Assembly (NCBI GenBank): GCA_022450005.1
Contig: JAKURE010000004.1
Span: 1-50,637 of the forward strand
Length of the DNA: 50,637 nucleotides
Reading direction: 5' to 3'
Source of the DNA: Halobacteriales archaeon
Lineage (GTDB): Archaea > Halobacteriota > Halobacteria > Halobacteriales > Hikarchaeaceae
Position 1 is the stretch's first letter; each line of letters opens with the position of its first letter. This document shows, one piece after another, positions 49,603 to 50,637 of the stretch. The notes under the pieces were generated by a model, which worked only from the letters and a program-made list of their open reading frames with translations, had not been told where the DNA came from and made no database searches. Both the position numbers and the translations under genes were made by a program.

Positions 49603-50472
49603 CTACTGCACTCCTGCTCCATCTAGTAGATTTTTGAGGCCCTCCTTTTCGGCCCCACCAACCCCACGATGCGGACTACGAGAAAACCCAGCAGGTGCGC
49701 CTCGCATTTCCATTGCTGCCTTCAAACCAGAAATGCCATATGTTCCTGTGACTCCTTGGTTCAATTCTACTAACTCGTCGTTTAATATTTTGGCATTTTC
49801 ACTGTCTCCTTTTTTATACAATTGATAAATCTCAGAGCATTTTTCGGGTGCGATATTTGCTAGTGCCAATACACCCCCCGTCGCACCCATTTCCAATGCC
49901 TGTGCATAAATTCCTCCTGCCCCAACCAACATATCGAACTCCTTCTCTTTCGTCACCTCCACCTCTTGTTGGAATAAGTCTGAGTTCCCACTAGAATCTT
50001 TCATACCTTTGATATTCTCCTCGTCTGACAACCTAGCTATCGTATCTGGCTCAAGGCTAACGTGAGTAAATTTCGGCACGCTGTACAAATATACGGGGAT
50101 CGAGATCAATTCGGCCAGTTTTTTATAATATATGACCATGTCTTCTTGACTATGTGAAAAATAAAATGGGGTTACAATTAGCGCAGCATCTGCACCTGCC
50201 GATGCAGCCAATTCTGTCTGTATAGTACTTTCCCGTAGACCTGGGTGCCCTGTCCCTGCCAATATGGGAACTGAGGCAGATTCTACCACTATTTCGACCA
50301 CTCGTGCTCTTTCTTCCGCCGTCATTAATTCCGCTTCACTATTCGACCCACAAGGAACAATAAAATCAACTCCCTTCTCTTCTACCCATCCCACCAATTC
50401 GGCAAGTTTCGATTCATCGATGTCTCCCCTTTCGTCAAAAGGGGTAACCAATGGAACTCCTGTACCTTCCAT
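49603..50472 (-). CDS. Dihydrodipicolinate synthase (DapA/NanA) family aldolase
   Basis: PLVTPFD, GSNSE, LYSVP, GMKDSSG Schiff-base Lys; start MEGTG. Confidence 0.9.
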   Translation of the reverse strand: MEGTGVPLVTPFDERGDIDESKLAELVGWVEEKGVDFIVPCGSNSEAELMTAEERARVVEIVVESASVPILAGTGHPGLRESTIQTELAASAGADAALIVTPFYFSHSQEDMVIYYKKLAELISIPVYLYSVPKFTHVSLEPDTIARLSDEENIKGMKDSSGNSDLFQQEVEVTKEKEFDMLVGAGGIYAQALEMGATGGVLALANIAPEKCSEIYQLYKKGDSENAKILNDELVELNQGVTGTYGISGLKAAMEMRGAPAGFSRSPHRGVGGAEKEGLKNLLDGAGVQ

Positions 50473-50637
50473 ATAGTTTTCTCCCCTCTCCCAGTAAAAA
50501 AACACGCGATTAGACCCCACCAAAACTTTTCACACCCATTTTCACACATAAAAGTTATTCCCATAATTACCCATAGTAATTAACACCTATCTAAAATATT
50601 CTACATAGGATATTATGGCAATTTCCCTCCCCCCATC

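Overview
Low-GC (roughly 40% by eye) archaeal chromosomal DNA with haloarchaeal-type gene content and order, but without an obviously acidic proteome; the best guess is a streamlined marine relative of Halobacteria such as Hikarchaeia/Marine Group IV (inference). It contains a LysW-dependent arginine cluster (argG, argH, lysW/argW, argX, argC, argB, argD, argE, argF), Ser/Thr/Met genes, uvrC/uvrB, glyS, hef, mdh, hel308-cgi121, a ~10 kb accessory catabolic block (Mo-hydroxylase large subunit, CocE hydrolase, LLM oxidoreductase, Rieske protein plus amidohydrolase-fold protein, ThDP enzyme, methyltransferase, FMN reductase) and the conserved eIF2gamma-PIN-rpoE1-spt4-DUF359-rps24e-rps27ae-kae1/bud32-ITPase run. 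The standout is a 1344-bp mini-element inserted at the argG/argH junction and bounded by ~43-bp imperfect direct repeats. Its 4-TM cargo ORF has captured the apparent original argH start codon. Its SNJ2-like short tyrosine integrase lacks the catalytic Tyr and its own stop codon and is fused in frame to full-length ArgH, whose aligned start position reads ACA instead of ATG. No rRNA, tRNA or CRISPR array was recognised.
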